Source of the DNA: a virus
IMG/VR virus record: IMGVR_UViG_3300035670_011224
Span: 32,001 to 96,000 of that record
Direction: 5' to 3' (one strand)
Length of the DNA: 64,000 bases
The translations under genes and the position numbers were made by a program. The notes beneath the pieces are model-generated. The model worked only from the letters and a program-made list of their open reading frames with translations. It was not told the origin of the DNA and made no database searches. Below, in pieces: positions 52,293 through 62,007 of the stretch. How positions within the stretch are numbered: the first letter of the stretch is position 1; every line of letters begins with the position of its first letter.

Positions 52293-52606
52293 GTGTTGGG
52301 ACTAAGATGTGGAAATGCGCTATCTAAAACCTCAACAGCTTTTGGACACTTCATTTTTTCTGCTAAATCCCTAGTATTTTTCCAACTACTAATTAATTTT
52401 AGAAAATCATTATCATTTTTTGCAACAGCAGATTCTGTACTGACTCTGTTTATCAATTTACCAATAAGCCCAGAGACATAATCTTTAACTGGTACTAATT
52501 TATCCTTAAATAGTACAAATAATATAAGAGCGGCTCCTCCATAAACCATTAGATCTGTTCCTGATAATCTACTACTAAATTCTTGAAAACTTTCGGCATA
52601 ATTCAT
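52271..52606 (-). CDS. Membrane-anchored hypothetical protein
   Basis: LMVYGGAALILFVLF transmembrane segment. Confidence 0.55.
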   Translation of the reverse strand: MNYAESFQEFSSRLSGTDLMVYGGAALILFVLFKDKLVPVKDYVSGLIGKLINRVSTESAVAKNDNDFLKLISSWKNTRDLAEKMKCPKAVEVLDSAFPHLSPNTCGQETK

Positions 52607-52619
52607 AAGATTCGTCCTT

Positions 52620-53048
52620 TCAGACTAGATAATTGTGTTGAACTGTTAATTTTGGTTTAAAAACACCCGCTTCTCTAAAGATTTTAACCATACTATCAAT
52701 TGTTGAACTGACCAAAATCATGAGAAAACTTTTAACATAAGAATGAATGTACCCTTCTATTATGTGCGGCACAACTGGAATGTCAACTGCTAAAAATAAG
52801 CTATCGTAAAATTTACTAATCATGCTCATAGCTAGCTCTTTTTTTTGTGGACTACTTAAATCCCGACCAATAATTTCTATAATTTGAATGATACTAGCTA
52901 TTGCTAATTGCAATAGTTTCCATGCTTGATCTATTGCAAATCTTTTAATATCCTTATATGATTCTTTTGTTCTACTTATTAGTTTTTCTACTTCGTTTAG
53001 TATTAGTTCTTGGCTTTTTGGTGTTTCTGGACTTTCTTGGTTTGTCAT
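52620..53048 (-). CDS. Hypothetical helical protein
   Basis: Likely start MTNQ at 53048, after GGAG. Confidence 0.5.
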   Translation of the reverse strand: MTNQESPETPKSQELILNEVEKLISRTKESYKDIKRFAIDQAWKLLQLAIASIIQIIEIIGRDLSSPQKKELAMSMISKFYDSLFLAVDIPVVPHIIEGYIHSYVKSFLMILVSSTIDSMVKIFREAGVFKPKLTVQHNYLV

Positions 53049-53316
53049 CTTTTTTCTCCTCATTAACAACTGGTACGGTATTGACAACTTCTGGTGTAAT
53101 TTCTGTTTTAATATTTTTTCTACTATTAATATACTTATATAATATTACAAATTGACCACCAATGAGAATGCAACTTTCTACAGCATGACTAACAACACTA
53201 ATAAGTTCTTCTTTATTAGTATGATCATTAATGATACCGGTCAGATATAATCCACTAAAAATAAAACTAACGAGTGTAAACCAGAACTCACTTGTGCGAT
53301 AGCCGGGTTTAATCAT
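52972..53316 (-). CDS. Holin-like membrane protein
   Basis: KPGYRTSEFW N-terminal motif, two TM segments, highly basic tail. Confidence 0.55.
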   Translation of the reverse strand: MIKPGYRTSEFWFTLVSFIFSGLYLTGIINDHTNKEELISVVSHAVESCILIGGQFVILYKYINSRKNIKTEITPEVVNTVPVVNEEKKDDKPRKSRNTKKPRTNTKRSRKTNK

Positions 53317-53378
53317 AATTTATCTCCAAAAATAAATACTAAATAACAATACACCATACTGATTTTTATTATTGTTTA

Positions 53379-53492
53379 TCAAATTTTACGGTTTTTAAAG
53401 CTTGATTGAATATATTTTGTTTTATATCGTAAAAATATTCCGTTGTAATTATCGTATGTTGCCATGCCAACTGTTAATAATTTTTGACTCAT
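53379..53492 (-). pseudogene. Remnant of a GT2-type glycosyltransferase N-terminus
   Basis: MSQKLLTVGMATYDNYNGIF, then unrelated sequence and a stop after 37 aa. Confidence 0.5.
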
Positions 53493-53496
53493 AAAA

Positions 53497-53973
53497 TTAT
53501 TGATTCACCAATGACTCCCATAATTCAATATCTGTTGCATATATTTCACGAACTCTATTTTCTTGTTCTGGCGTTAAAACGGGTTTATTTTCACTAGCAT
53601 CCAAATGTGGCAATGGCACGGTAATTCCAAGCCAATCTGCACAGTCTTGTAGTTGCGTTTCAAATAAAAATGCTCTGTCATAATTTGTAATATGGCAGAA
53701 CTCACAACCGTATATTGGATTTTCTAATTGTTCTTCAACTGTTCTATTTCTATGAGCCACCATAGATCGAAATCTTTCAATTGGATTTCTAACAATAACA
53801 CATTTTTGACCATTGTCTTGGCTAATTGGATAAAAATAAGCAGGATGATAAGAGTCTGTTATTTCTATATCTGGATAAAAGGATTGTAACATAGCCATTG
53901 CTATTGAGTGCGATCCACTGCGAGGAATTAGAATTATACTATTTCCATTCGGGCTTGTTAATATGCTTGGCAT
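53497..53973 (-). CDS. Small sulfotransferase-like protein
   Basis: IPRSGSHSI, VRNPIERFRS, YATDIEL. Confidence 0.7.
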   Translation of the reverse strand: MPSILTSPNGNSIILIPRSGSHSIAMAMLQSFYPDIEITDSYHPAYFYPISQDNGQKCVIVRNPIERFRSMVAHRNRTVEEQLENPIYGCEFCHITNYDRAFLFETQLQDCADWLGITVPLPHLDASENKPVLTPEQENRVREIYATDIELWESLVNQ

Positions 53974-53975
53974 AA

Positions 53976-55379
53976 TTATGTAAAGTAAAGTATTACTGCT
54001 CCTGTTTCTCTAGTTTCATTTGTACCGTATCCATTACCGCCACCTATACCACCAGAAATAAATCCTCCTACTTTATTAAAATAGCTACCAGCACCAAATA
54101 CATTTGGATTACTAGGATTAATATTTTCTATATTTGTGGTTGGGTCTATTCCTAATAGATTTAATACGGCAAATAGACCATCTACATCTGTTGCTTTAAA
54201 TACTATATGTCCTCCAATATTTTGTGAGGTATTTCCACCAACCGCCCCCGCAGACCAAACTCCGTTACCCAAATATTGTGTTGATCCTCCTATAGCTCCA
54301 CCGTCTCCGCCAGAAAATTCTCCACCGTTAAATTTGAGAGTTCCATTGCTTGCTCTACCGCCACCAAATCCAGTAATAGTCGTTCCATTATATGTTACTG
54401 TTGTATTATTACCGGGCGCATCAAAATTGGTATTACTAACAGCAGCACCAACTGTATAAGCTACAGAAGAGCCACTATTAACATTCCAAGTTTTATATGC
54501 TGTTCCACCAGCGGATCTTTGATAATTTCCACCACTTCCAATAGCCCATGCTTTCATAGTGGTGGCACCAGTTGGTACTGTATATGAAGAACCCGTTGTT
54601 AGCACGACTGCCATTGGTGAAAATTGTGTCGCAGTGGTGGGTGTTGTCGTTGGTGTTGCTGTTGTTGTTGGGGTTGTTGTTGCTGTTGTTGGGGTTGTTG
54701 TTGGAGTTTCTGTTGGTGTTGTTGTGGGTGTTGTTGTGGTGGTTATGCTTGCTATTGATAATATCGCTGTAGCGGTGGGGTTCTGCCCATATGGACCTTC
54801 ATCTTTCATCCAGCGAACGACAAGATGCTCGCCCTCAGTCACAGAGGCAGTGCCGGTCAGCGTACTACCACCAATGGCGCTATTAGATATCGCAGTGCCG
54901 CCAGAGATAGTGGAGCTGCTTGACCATTCATGCTGACTAGGTGTTCCAGCATGACGAAACAGTCTTGCTTCGCCCTGATAACCGCTGCCAGAAAGCGATA
55001 TAGACCATGATAACGTTCCAGTCTGGTTGACCAACAGCCATACGCGATGATCCTCGTCATCTGTTGCAGCATTTCCGCCCCCTACAGTGACCGTCATCGG
55101 ACTGCCAGACGTTCCCTGACCAGACACGCTGTACTGATCTGGGAATGGATTTACGTTGTCAGCAGATGCCTTGTAATAATTAGAAAATGATAAATTGTTT
55201 TGTGCTGCTGGAGTAGCCGTGGGCGTAAGAGTGGTCGTTGTGGTTGGAGTTGGTGTAGGCGCAATCGTTGTGGTTTGACTCGGAGTTGGTGTGGGCGTAA
55301 TAGATTCCTCTGATTTTCTAACCTTGATAGATCCATTACTATTTAATGCTTTATTTAAATTAATTTTAAAAACAGTCAT
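53976..55379 (-). CDS. Modular fibre/adhesin: PT linker, beta domain, PT linker, Gly-rich domain
   Basis: Two Thr/Pro linkers; YTVPTGATTMKAWAIGSGG Gly-rich tail-fibre-like domain. Confidence 0.65.
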   Translation of the reverse strand: MTVFKINLNKALNSNGSIKVRKSEESITPTPTPSQTTTIAPTPTPTTTTTLTPTATPAAQNNLSFSNYYKASADNVNPFPDQYSVSGQGTSGSPMTVTVGGGNAATDDEDHRVWLLVNQTGTLSWSISLSGSGYQGEARLFRHAGTPSQHEWSSSSTISGGTAISNSAIGGSTLTGTASVTEGEHLVVRWMKDEGPYGQNPTATAILSIASITTTTTPTTTPTETPTTTPTTATTTPTTTATPTTTPTTATQFSPMAVVLTTGSSYTVPTGATTMKAWAIGSGGNYQRSAGGTAYKTWNVNSGSSVAYTVGAAVSNTNFDAPGNNTTVTYNGTTITGFGGGRASNGTLKFNGGEFSGGDGGAIGGSTQYLGNGVWSAGAVGGNTSQNIGGHIVFKATDVDGLFAVLNLLGIDPTTNIENINPSNPNVFGAGSYFNKVGGFISGGIGGGNGYGTNETRETGAVILYFT

Positions 55380-55389
55380 AATTTAAATC

Positions 55390-55593
55390 TTATAGAGTTC
55401 CTGAGCCTATTGTATAGTAGCGAATATCATCAAATCTTTCATCATATTTATTTTCTATATCAGTAATAACTGGTTTATTATAAACGTTAGAGTTTTGATA
55501 TTGAAAACTATTTGTAAAAGGAGAAGGAGATACTACAAGAGTGCCATGTTTGATAGCTTGATCACTTTTTGATAAACCAATATCATTTGCCAT
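55390..55593 (-). CDS. Hypothetical protein
   Basis: 67-aa ORF in the operon. Confidence 0.55.
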   Translation of the reverse strand: MANDIGLSKSDQAIKHGTLVVSPSPFTNSFQYQNSNVYNKPVITDIENKYDERFDDIRYYTIGSGTL

Positions 55594-55594
55594 A

Positions 55595-55915
55595 TTATGC
55601 CCTTTCTATTCTTTCTTCTAATGCTTCTAGTGTTTTGCCTAGTGTGACTAATTGAATTTTGAGTTCGTTCATAACTTCTGTGTTTCGTTGTAATGCAGAG
55701 GCGAACGCTGCTTGGCTCTCTTTATTAGCTGCTAATCTTTCCATAATAAATTGACGATCTTGAGAATACGGACTTTGAGTTTCTATCATATGTAAAACAT
55801 CATTTTTTGTGGCCATATTTTTTCCTACTGTTACCCAAAATCCCACAAGGGTCACAACTATTCCGAAACTTGTGGTAGCAACTACTTGCCAAAAATCGAT
55901 AATATTTTCATTCAT
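55595..55915 (-). CDS. TM plus coiled-coil protein
   Basis: N-terminal TM, C-terminal heptads; preceded by TGGTGTATA. Confidence 0.6.
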   Translation of the reverse strand: MNENIIDFWQVVATTSFGIVVTLVGFWVTVGKNMATKNDVLHMIETQSPYSQDRQFIMERLAANKESQAAFASALQRNTEVMNELKIQLVTLGKTLEALEERIERA

Positions 55916-55989
55916 AATATAATCTCTATAGTTATGATTAGTAAAATAATAATATTATACACCAAAATAAACTTATTAAATTTTATATA

Positions 55990-57294
55990 TTATGGCACAA
56001 AATTGTATTGCTGACCGGAATAATATTCTGTTTTAGATGGTGTGACTGTTGGCGTTGTTGTTGGAGTAGGTGTTTCTGAGGATGTTAACGAAATTGTGGG
56101 TGTTGGAGTTGGTGTTTCCGAAGATGTTGGAGTTGGTGTGGAGGTTGGTGTTTCTGAAGGTGTTAGGGTGGGGGTTGGTGTGGGAGTTGGTGTTTCCGAA
56201 GATGTTTGTGTAGGAGTTGGTGTTGCGGTCAATTCTATTGAAGAGCTAGGAGTCTGGGTCTGTGTCACAGAAGCTGTTGGAGTAGGGGTTAATGTGGATG
56301 TTAGTGTCGAAGTAAAAGTTGGAGTGTTTGTATTTGTTATTGATGGTGTTGGAGTTAATGTTTGAGTATTGCTTGGAGTCAATGTTGGTGTTGGAGTTGA
56401 TGTTGGTTGTGATGTGGATGTTACTGTTGGGGTCTTTGTTTGGGTGGGCGTTTTTGTAGGAGTTCTTGTTTGTGTTGGTGTTTTTGTTGGTGTTTTTGTT
56501 GGTGTTCTGGTTGGCGTTTTTGTAGGTGTTCTGGTTGGATTCGGAGTTTTAGTGGGAGTTCGTGTTTGTGTTGGTGTTGGTGTGCTAGTTTTTGTTGGTG
56601 TTGGAGTAATAGTAGGTGTTAGAGTATTGGTAGGAGTATTTGTTGGAGTTGGAGTTGGTGTTTTTGATGGTAAAATAATAGGACTAGTACTACTACAATT
56701 AATAAATAAATTACTAATAATATTAACTAAATCACCATTTGTTTGTATCGGATCACTAGTATACAAAGGATTTGTCACACCTTTTTTATATAGTTTTATT
56801 ATGTGATAATTATTTTCTTTACTATTTTTACTAGTATTATAATTTTTGAAATCTAATGATAAATTACAAGAACAAGGCCGAATTATTTCGGCAGATGCGC
56901 AAAAATTGCCAATATTATCAAACCATGTTCCAGTATCAAAGATACCCAAATAAAGATATCCTGTTGTTGATGCTGTAAATATATGATTAGTTCCTATTGT
57001 AATACTATTATTTGTAGTAAAAGGTATTGTGCTACTATTTATATTAGATATAACACCAAAAGCAGTATTATAGTACAGTCCATTGAATCCATTTGCGTCG
57101 CTATTACAAAAAGTTCCATAATAACATGATACGCATCCTCTAACATTCACAGAAACTATATCTCCAGCATTTACAAACAATGATGTGTTTTTTAAGGTTG
57201 AGCCATCATTATAGTTTAATCTGGTTTCATTATTATTACAAATTGTTTCAATAATATTAGAACAATTATTTTGTATATTATTAGTATTATTCAT
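55990..57294 (-). CDS. LecA/PA-IL-like lectin domain plus long Pro-Thr mucin-like tail
   Basis: [13 protein letters not shown]...[20 protein letters not shown]; ~210 aa of PT repeats. Confidence 0.65.
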   Translation of the reverse strand: MNNTNNIQNNCSNIIETICNNNETRLNYNDGSTLKNTSLFVNAGDIVSVNVRGCVSCYYGTFCNSDANGFNGLYYNTAFGVISNINSSTIPFTTNNSITIGTNHIFTASTTGYLYLGIFDTGTWFDNIGNFCASAEIIRPCSCNLSLDFKNYNTSKNSKENNYHIIKLYKKGVTNPLYTSDPIQTNGDLVNIISNLFINCSSTSPIILPSKTPTPTPTNTPTNTLTPTITPTPTKTSTPTPTQTRTPTKTPNPTRTPTKTPTRTPTKTPTKTPTQTRTPTKTPTQTKTPTVTSTSQPTSTPTPTLTPSNTQTLTPTPSITNTNTPTFTSTLTSTLTPTPTASVTQTQTPSSSIELTATPTPTQTSSETPTPTPTPTLTPSETPTSTPTPTSSETPTPTPTISLTSSETPTPTTTPTVTPSKTEYYSGQQYNFVP

Positions 57295-57312
57295 AATGTA
57301 TTACTTAAAATT

Positions 57313-60300
57313 TTATGTTGTAATTATTCTTTCTGTCCAAGAAATTCCACTATCAGTACTGGTATAAATATGTCCGACATATACAGTGGAAACTAGTTTG
57401 GTTCCATCGGCACTACTAGTAATACGATACCAGTTTCGATTATTTTCTCTCGCTATCCAAGACACCCCACTATCAATACTTGTATAAATTTGTCCATTTT
57501 CTACAACAGCAGCAAGTTTAGTTCCATCACTACTACTGGTTATATCTATCCATTGTCTTTGTCCTGATGCAAATCGTGCAATCCAAGTTGCGCCACTATC
57601 GGAACTAGTATAAATATATCCATTATATACAGTTGCTGCTAATTTAGTTCCATCACTGCTGCTGGTTATAGCAGTCCAAGCATGAACCATATTAGAAATA
57701 GATCTGACTGTCCAATTTACTCCGCTATCAGAACTAGTGTAAATATCTCCATTATTAATTGATACTGCTAATTTTACACCATCACTACTACTAGTAACTC
57801 TAATTAAACCAGCAGAAATTGTGGTTATTCTGTTCGTCCAATTAGCTCCACTATCAATACTAGTCGAGACTCCACCGCTATTACTTGCAACTAGCTTAAC
57901 CCCATTAGAATTACTAGCTATATCAATCCAAAATATATAATTATTATTTTTTAGTGTCCAATTGATTCCACTATCGGAACTAGTATAAACATCACCATTA
58001 CCTATAATTGCTACAAGATTATTTCCATCGTCACTACTAGCAATAGCTTTCCATTGTCGATTACTTTGTGTTGCTAGTCTTGCTATCCAGTTGGTCCCAC
58101 TGTCACTACTTGTATAAATTTGTCCATTCCAAGCAACAGCAGCAAGTTTAGTTCCATCACTACTACTGGTAATATCGCTCCATGGTTTGCTATAGTTTGT
58201 TGGAGTAACTGTTGGCGTGACTGTTGGTGTAGTGTTTGGTGTTGTCGCGGGAGTAGATGTTAGCGTAATAGTTGGCGTTGGAGTAGTTGTTTGGGTTACT
58301 GTATTTGTGGGAGTAACTGTTGGTGTTACTGTTGGAGTAAGAGTATTAGTCTGGGTGGTTGTTGGTGTAACTGTGTTAGATGGAGTAACTGTTGGAGACA
58401 CTGTTGGTGTTGCCGTATTGGTAGGAGTAACTGTCGGTGTTACTGTGTTCGATGTAGTAACAGCTGGTGTTGCTGTAACTGTTGGCGTTGTCGTATTGGA
58501 TGGAGTAACTGTTGGGGTTACAGTATTACTCGGAGTAACTGTTGGGGTTGCAGTATTACTCGGAGTAACTGTTGGGGTTGCAGTATTACTCGGAGTAACT
58601 GTTGGGGTCGCAGTATTACTCGGAGTAACTGTTGGAGTAACTGTGTTGGATGGAGACACCGTCGGCGTTACTGTTGGAGTAACTGTGTTAGATGGAGACA
58701 CCGTTGGCGTTGCTGTTGGAGTAATACTACTTGTAGGAGTAACTGTCGAAGTGGCTGTTGGTGTGGTGGTTGGTGTTGTTGTTGGAGTAGATGTTGGCGT
58801 AATAGTTGGTGTTGGAGTAGGCTTGGGAGTATTTAGTATAATTTTAATAGATTGATTTTTAATATCACAATAATTATTTTTAATATGAGGATTATAAGAA
58901 TTTATAGTTGGTTGAATATATGATTGATTATTACTAATAATTTTAATATGATTGCTACAAGAGATGTTATTGGATTGTACAACGTGAGGATTAATATGAT
59001 TAATAGTTGGTGGAGTATACAGCATATTATTTCCAATAATTTTTATAGAAGAGTTATTTGAACATTGTTTTTGATATGTTATTGGTTCAACATAAGGATT
59101 GTCGCATCCGTAGCATCTAGACTCTTTTGTTGATGCTTTGATAGTGCTTCCATTGGAACTAGCACAATTACCATAAATTATTATTTGATATTTATCAGTA
59201 TAAAAATTAGTTATTTCAATAGGATCGAATGTGATATTTGTAGAATTAATAACGCAATTATTTTTTTCAACATATTCTTCTACACATATATAATAACAGC
59301 ATTCTCCAACACAAGACGATGGAAGCGGCGTAGATGCTGGTGTTGGCGTTGGCGTGAGTGTGGGAGTTGCTGATGGTGGTGGTCGCGGACTTGGGGACGA
59401 AGATGGTAATGGCGGAGACGGTGGACTCGGAGGACTAGGTGGCGATGGTGGACTTGGTGGACTTGGTGGACTTGGAGGCGATGGAGGACTTGGTGGGCTT
59501 GGAGGTGATGGAGGACTTGGTGGCGATGGTGGACTCGGTGGACTTGGAGGTGATGGTGGACTTGGTGGACTTGGTGGCGACGGAGGACTTGGCGGCGATG
59601 GTGGACTTGGTGGCGAAGGCGGCGATGGTGGACTTGGTGGCGAAGGCGGCGATGGTGGACTTGGTGGCGAAGGCGGCGACGGTGGACTTGGAGGCGATGG
59701 TGGACTTGGTGGACTTGGTGGACTTGGTGGACTTGGCGGCGAAGGCGGACTTGGTGGACTTGGTGGCGACGGAGGACTTGGCGGCGAAGGCGGACTTGGT
59801 GGACTTGGTGGCGAAGGCGGCGATGGTGGACTTGGCGGCGATGGTGGACTTGGCGGTGAAGGAGGACTTGGTGGCGAAGGCGGCGATGGTGGACTCGGTG
59901 GACTCGGAGGACTAGGTGGCGACGGAGGACCGGGTGGCGGTGGCGGTGGTGGCGGCGAACAACCCTCGCTACTACAAGAAGGACACTGAGGACAAGCAGA
60001 TGCTCCGCCGCCTTCTTCTATACATTGACCACACGTTGGACTAGAAGGATTGGTATCGCAAAATAGAAATTTAGTACAGCACGGATCTTGTTCTGGACAA
60101 GGATCCTCTGGTGTGCAGACTTTAACTAGGTTGTTCGGGCTGTTTGGGCAACAACGACTCTCAGGATTTACTCCATCAGTTTCTTGATTAAAAATTATAT
60201 TACAATCGTTTTCATCTTTACCCATATAACAACTACCTTGTACTAATCCTGTAAAAACTCCATTCTGATCTGCACAAGCTTCAAAACTTGTAGTATAGAA

Positions 60301-60462
60301 CGGAGCACCTTGACAAGTTCTAAGACCATTATTACAATCAACAATTTGCTCAACTGGACATTGTTGATCGCATGGTATCTGTGAAACTATTTTACAAGTG
60401 CCACATATACCTCCTTCATATTCTAAACTATTAATAGTATCTTGTAATTGTAATTTTTTCAT
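57313..60462 (-). CDS. Cys-rich / (PPS)n / PT-stalk protein with C-terminal BNR (Asp-box) beta-propeller
   Basis: Cys-rich N-terminus; ~58 PPS units; PT stalk; seven SxDxGxxW repeats. Confidence 0.8.
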   Translation of the reverse strand: MKKLQLQDTINSLEYEGGICGTCKIVSQIPCDQQCPVEQIVDCNNGLRTCQGAPFYTTSFEACADQNGVFTGLVQGSCYMGKDENDCNIIFNQETDGVNPESRCCPNSPNNLVKVCTPEDPCPEQDPCCTKFLFCDTNPSSPTCGQCIEEGGGASACPQCPSCSSEGCSPPPPPPPPGPPSPPSPPSPPSPPSPPSPPSPPSPPSPPSPPSPPSPPSPPSPPSPPSPPSPPSPPSPPSPPSPPSPPSPPSPPSPPSPPSPPSPPSPPSPPSPPSPPSPPSPPSPPSPPSPPSPPSPPSPPSPPSPPSPPSPPSPPSPPSPPSPPSPPSPPSPPSPPSPPSPPSPPSPPSPPLPSSSPSPRPPPSATPTLTPTPTPASTPLPSSCVGECCYYICVEEYVEKNNCVINSTNITFDPIEITNFYTDKYQIIIYGNCASSNGSTIKASTKESRCYGCDNPYVEPITYQKQCSNNSSIKIIGNNMLYTPPTINHINPHVVQSNNISCSNHIKIISNNQSYIQPTINSYNPHIKNNYCDIKNQSIKIILNTPKPTPTPTITPTSTPTTTPTTTPTATSTVTPTSSITPTATPTVSPSNTVTPTVTPTVSPSNTVTPTVTPSNTATPTVTPSNTATPTVTPSNTATPTVTPSNTVTPTVTPSNTTTPTVTATPAVTTSNTVTPTVTPTNTATPTVSPTVTPSNTVTPTTTQTNTLTPTVTPTVTPTNTVTQTTTPTPTITLTSTPATTPNTTPTVTPTVTPTNYSKPWSDITSSSDGTKLAAVAWNGQIYTSSDSGTNWIARLATQSNRQWKAIASSDDGNNLVAIIGNGDVYTSSDSGINWTLKNNNYIFWIDIASNSNGVKLVASNSGGVSTSIDSGANWTNRITTISAGLIRVTSSSDGVKLAVSINNGDIYTSSDSGVNWTVRSISNMVHAWTAITSSSDGTKLAATVYNGYIYTSSDSGATWIARFASGQRQWIDITSSSDGTKLAAVVENGQIYTSIDSGVSWIARENNRNWYRITSSADGTKLVSTVYVGHIYTSTDSGISWTERIITT
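58521..58640. repeat. About four 30-bp tandem repeats ([10 protein letters not shown])
   Basis: cagtattactcggagtaactgttggggttg units at 58521, 58551, 58581 and 58611. Confidence 0.9.
59410..59955. repeat. 9-bp-period coding repeat encoding (Pro-Pro-Ser)n plus a poly-Pro run
   Basis: ggtggactt / ggcggcgat / ggcggcgaa synonymous variants; GC-rich. Confidence 0.95.
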
Positions 60463-60516
60463 TTTATTTTTTAAAAATAAGAATTCTTTTTAATTAACTG
60501 TGATAATATACAGTGA

Positions 60517-61977
60517 TTATGCTCCAGGAACATCAATACATATTCCATTTCTACAAATTTGTCGATCAGTACAGCAATTACGTCCACAACAAGGATTATG
60601 ATCTGGACCGGCGATAGGACACGCCATAAAATCACAACATACGTATTCACTTTTCTTTAGACATTGTAAATTAGCAATATTAGTAATATCTCCACAACAA
60701 ACTTCATTGTCTTCACAACAATTTGCGCTTCCACAACAAAATTTATTATCAGGACATATATGAGCCAACGGCGTACCAGCAAAACAACATTTGCTTCCTC
60801 TTTGCTGATAGCAACCACCACCCGGACAACAAGTTTCACCAGGATTGCAGCTTTCGATGTCCGATCCTCCTTTATCGGGACAATTTTTACATACTCTTCT
60901 ACATTTTCCATCTCCGCATACTTTTTCGCCTTGTTCGCAGCATCTAGGCTGTCCACTCCCATCTTTTCCGGCTCTACGCTCTGAACAACACTGGCCGGCA
61001 TGCCATTTGTGTCCTTTAGCACAACATACTTCTGTATTGCGCTCGGGAGCAGGAAAACACCTTTCTCCTGCTTTTGTGTTGCAGTAAGAACCTGTATCGC
61101 AATTACATCGTATAAATCCTGGATATTCGCAAAATACATTATTACACACTGGATCCCATTGGGCAGTGCCTTTTTTTCCAGATTGTGGAGGGCATGTAAA
61201 ACAAGTTGGACCCTGAGGTGTGTTCTTGCAGTCTTCCCTGACACAGCATTTTCCACCACAAGAAATCTCTCTATTACTACAACACTGTTTTGTTCCATCA
61301 TTTTTCTGTATAATTTTATCAGTCCTACAACATGTTCCATTAGATAAACATGAATGTGTAGCCATATTACACGGTTTTTTATTACAGCATACAAATCCGT
61401 CCTTGAGCAATATTCCATTACAACATTGCTCTTCATCTACACAATTATCTTCGCAACATATTTGCCCACTATCAGTATCACAGCCACATCGTTGCTCTCC
61501 ACACGGTCCTGCGCAATTTGCATCAGCTTGAGTTGAGAATTCTTCATTATTTACTATAAATCTATCACATTTAGTTTTTATAATTTTACCATCACAACAT
61601 TCTTCGTCCAGAGCTAAAATCTTTCCGCCACAACAGGCTGTTGATAATACGCATTGTCCATTACAACAAGTTTTTATACTATTAGTAGTATCACAACATG
61701 AGTCTCCGCAAGTTGTTAATGGAGGTTTTTGATCTTCACAAGTATGATATTCTGTTGTGCTCCACGATGTATAATGCACACATTCTCCATACTTAATATC
61801 TCCATCATTGCAACTATCTCCTAAATTATCATTTGTGGAACAATAACAATTATCATCACAATCTTGCTCTAAAAACCACATAGGTTTGGAAAAAATTTCA
61901 TTTTGAACTTCTATACTAATATGTTCTAATGAAGGAATTCCACATCTCCACCAGCAAGAAGAATTACAATTATTCAT
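60517..61977 (-). CDS. Cysteine-rich repeat protein (CC-x-C type)
   Basis: Repeated CC.G.CC / C...CC units over 486 aa; no signal peptide. Confidence 0.75.
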   Translation of the reverse strand: MNNCNSSCWWRCGIPSLEHISIEVQNEIFSKPMWFLEQDCDDNCYCSTNDNLGDSCNDGDIKYGECVHYTSWSTTEYHTCEDQKPPLTTCGDSCCDTTNSIKTCCNGQCVLSTACCGGKILALDEECCDGKIIKTKCDRFIVNNEEFSTQADANCAGPCGEQRCGCDTDSGQICCEDNCVDEEQCCNGILLKDGFVCCNKKPCNMATHSCLSNGTCCRTDKIIQKNDGTKQCCSNREISCGGKCCVREDCKNTPQGPTCFTCPPQSGKKGTAQWDPVCNNVFCEYPGFIRCNCDTGSYCNTKAGERCFPAPERNTEVCCAKGHKWHAGQCCSERRAGKDGSGQPRCCEQGEKVCGDGKCRRVCKNCPDKGGSDIESCNPGETCCPGGGCYQQRGSKCCFAGTPLAHICPDNKFCCGSANCCEDNEVCCGDITNIANLQCLKKSEYVCCDFMACPIAGPDHNPCCGRNCCTDRQICRNGICIDVPGA

Positions 61978-62007
61978 TTTGATAATCCTTTGAAGTTTTA
62001 TTTAAAT

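Noticed and set aside
57481-58170. ~60-bp near-duplicate at 57481-57540 and 58111-58170 as a TR/VR pair
   Set aside because: Both copies are in-frame blades of the BNR propeller; ordinary internal duplication explains them.
49221-58640. 30-bp repeats as a CRISPR array
   Set aside because: Contiguous in-frame tandem repeats with no spacers. The Cas4-like nuclease is a stand-alone replication-module gene with no other cas genes.
45394-59989. Plus-strand Val/Gly-rich ORFs (e.g. 48910-49560, 56369-56806, 58217-58855, 59354-59989, 59439-59915)
   Set aside because: These are antisense shadows of PT/PPS repeats, which lack stops in the reverse frame. The GGL/GGD ORF is not a real collagen or glycine-rich gene.
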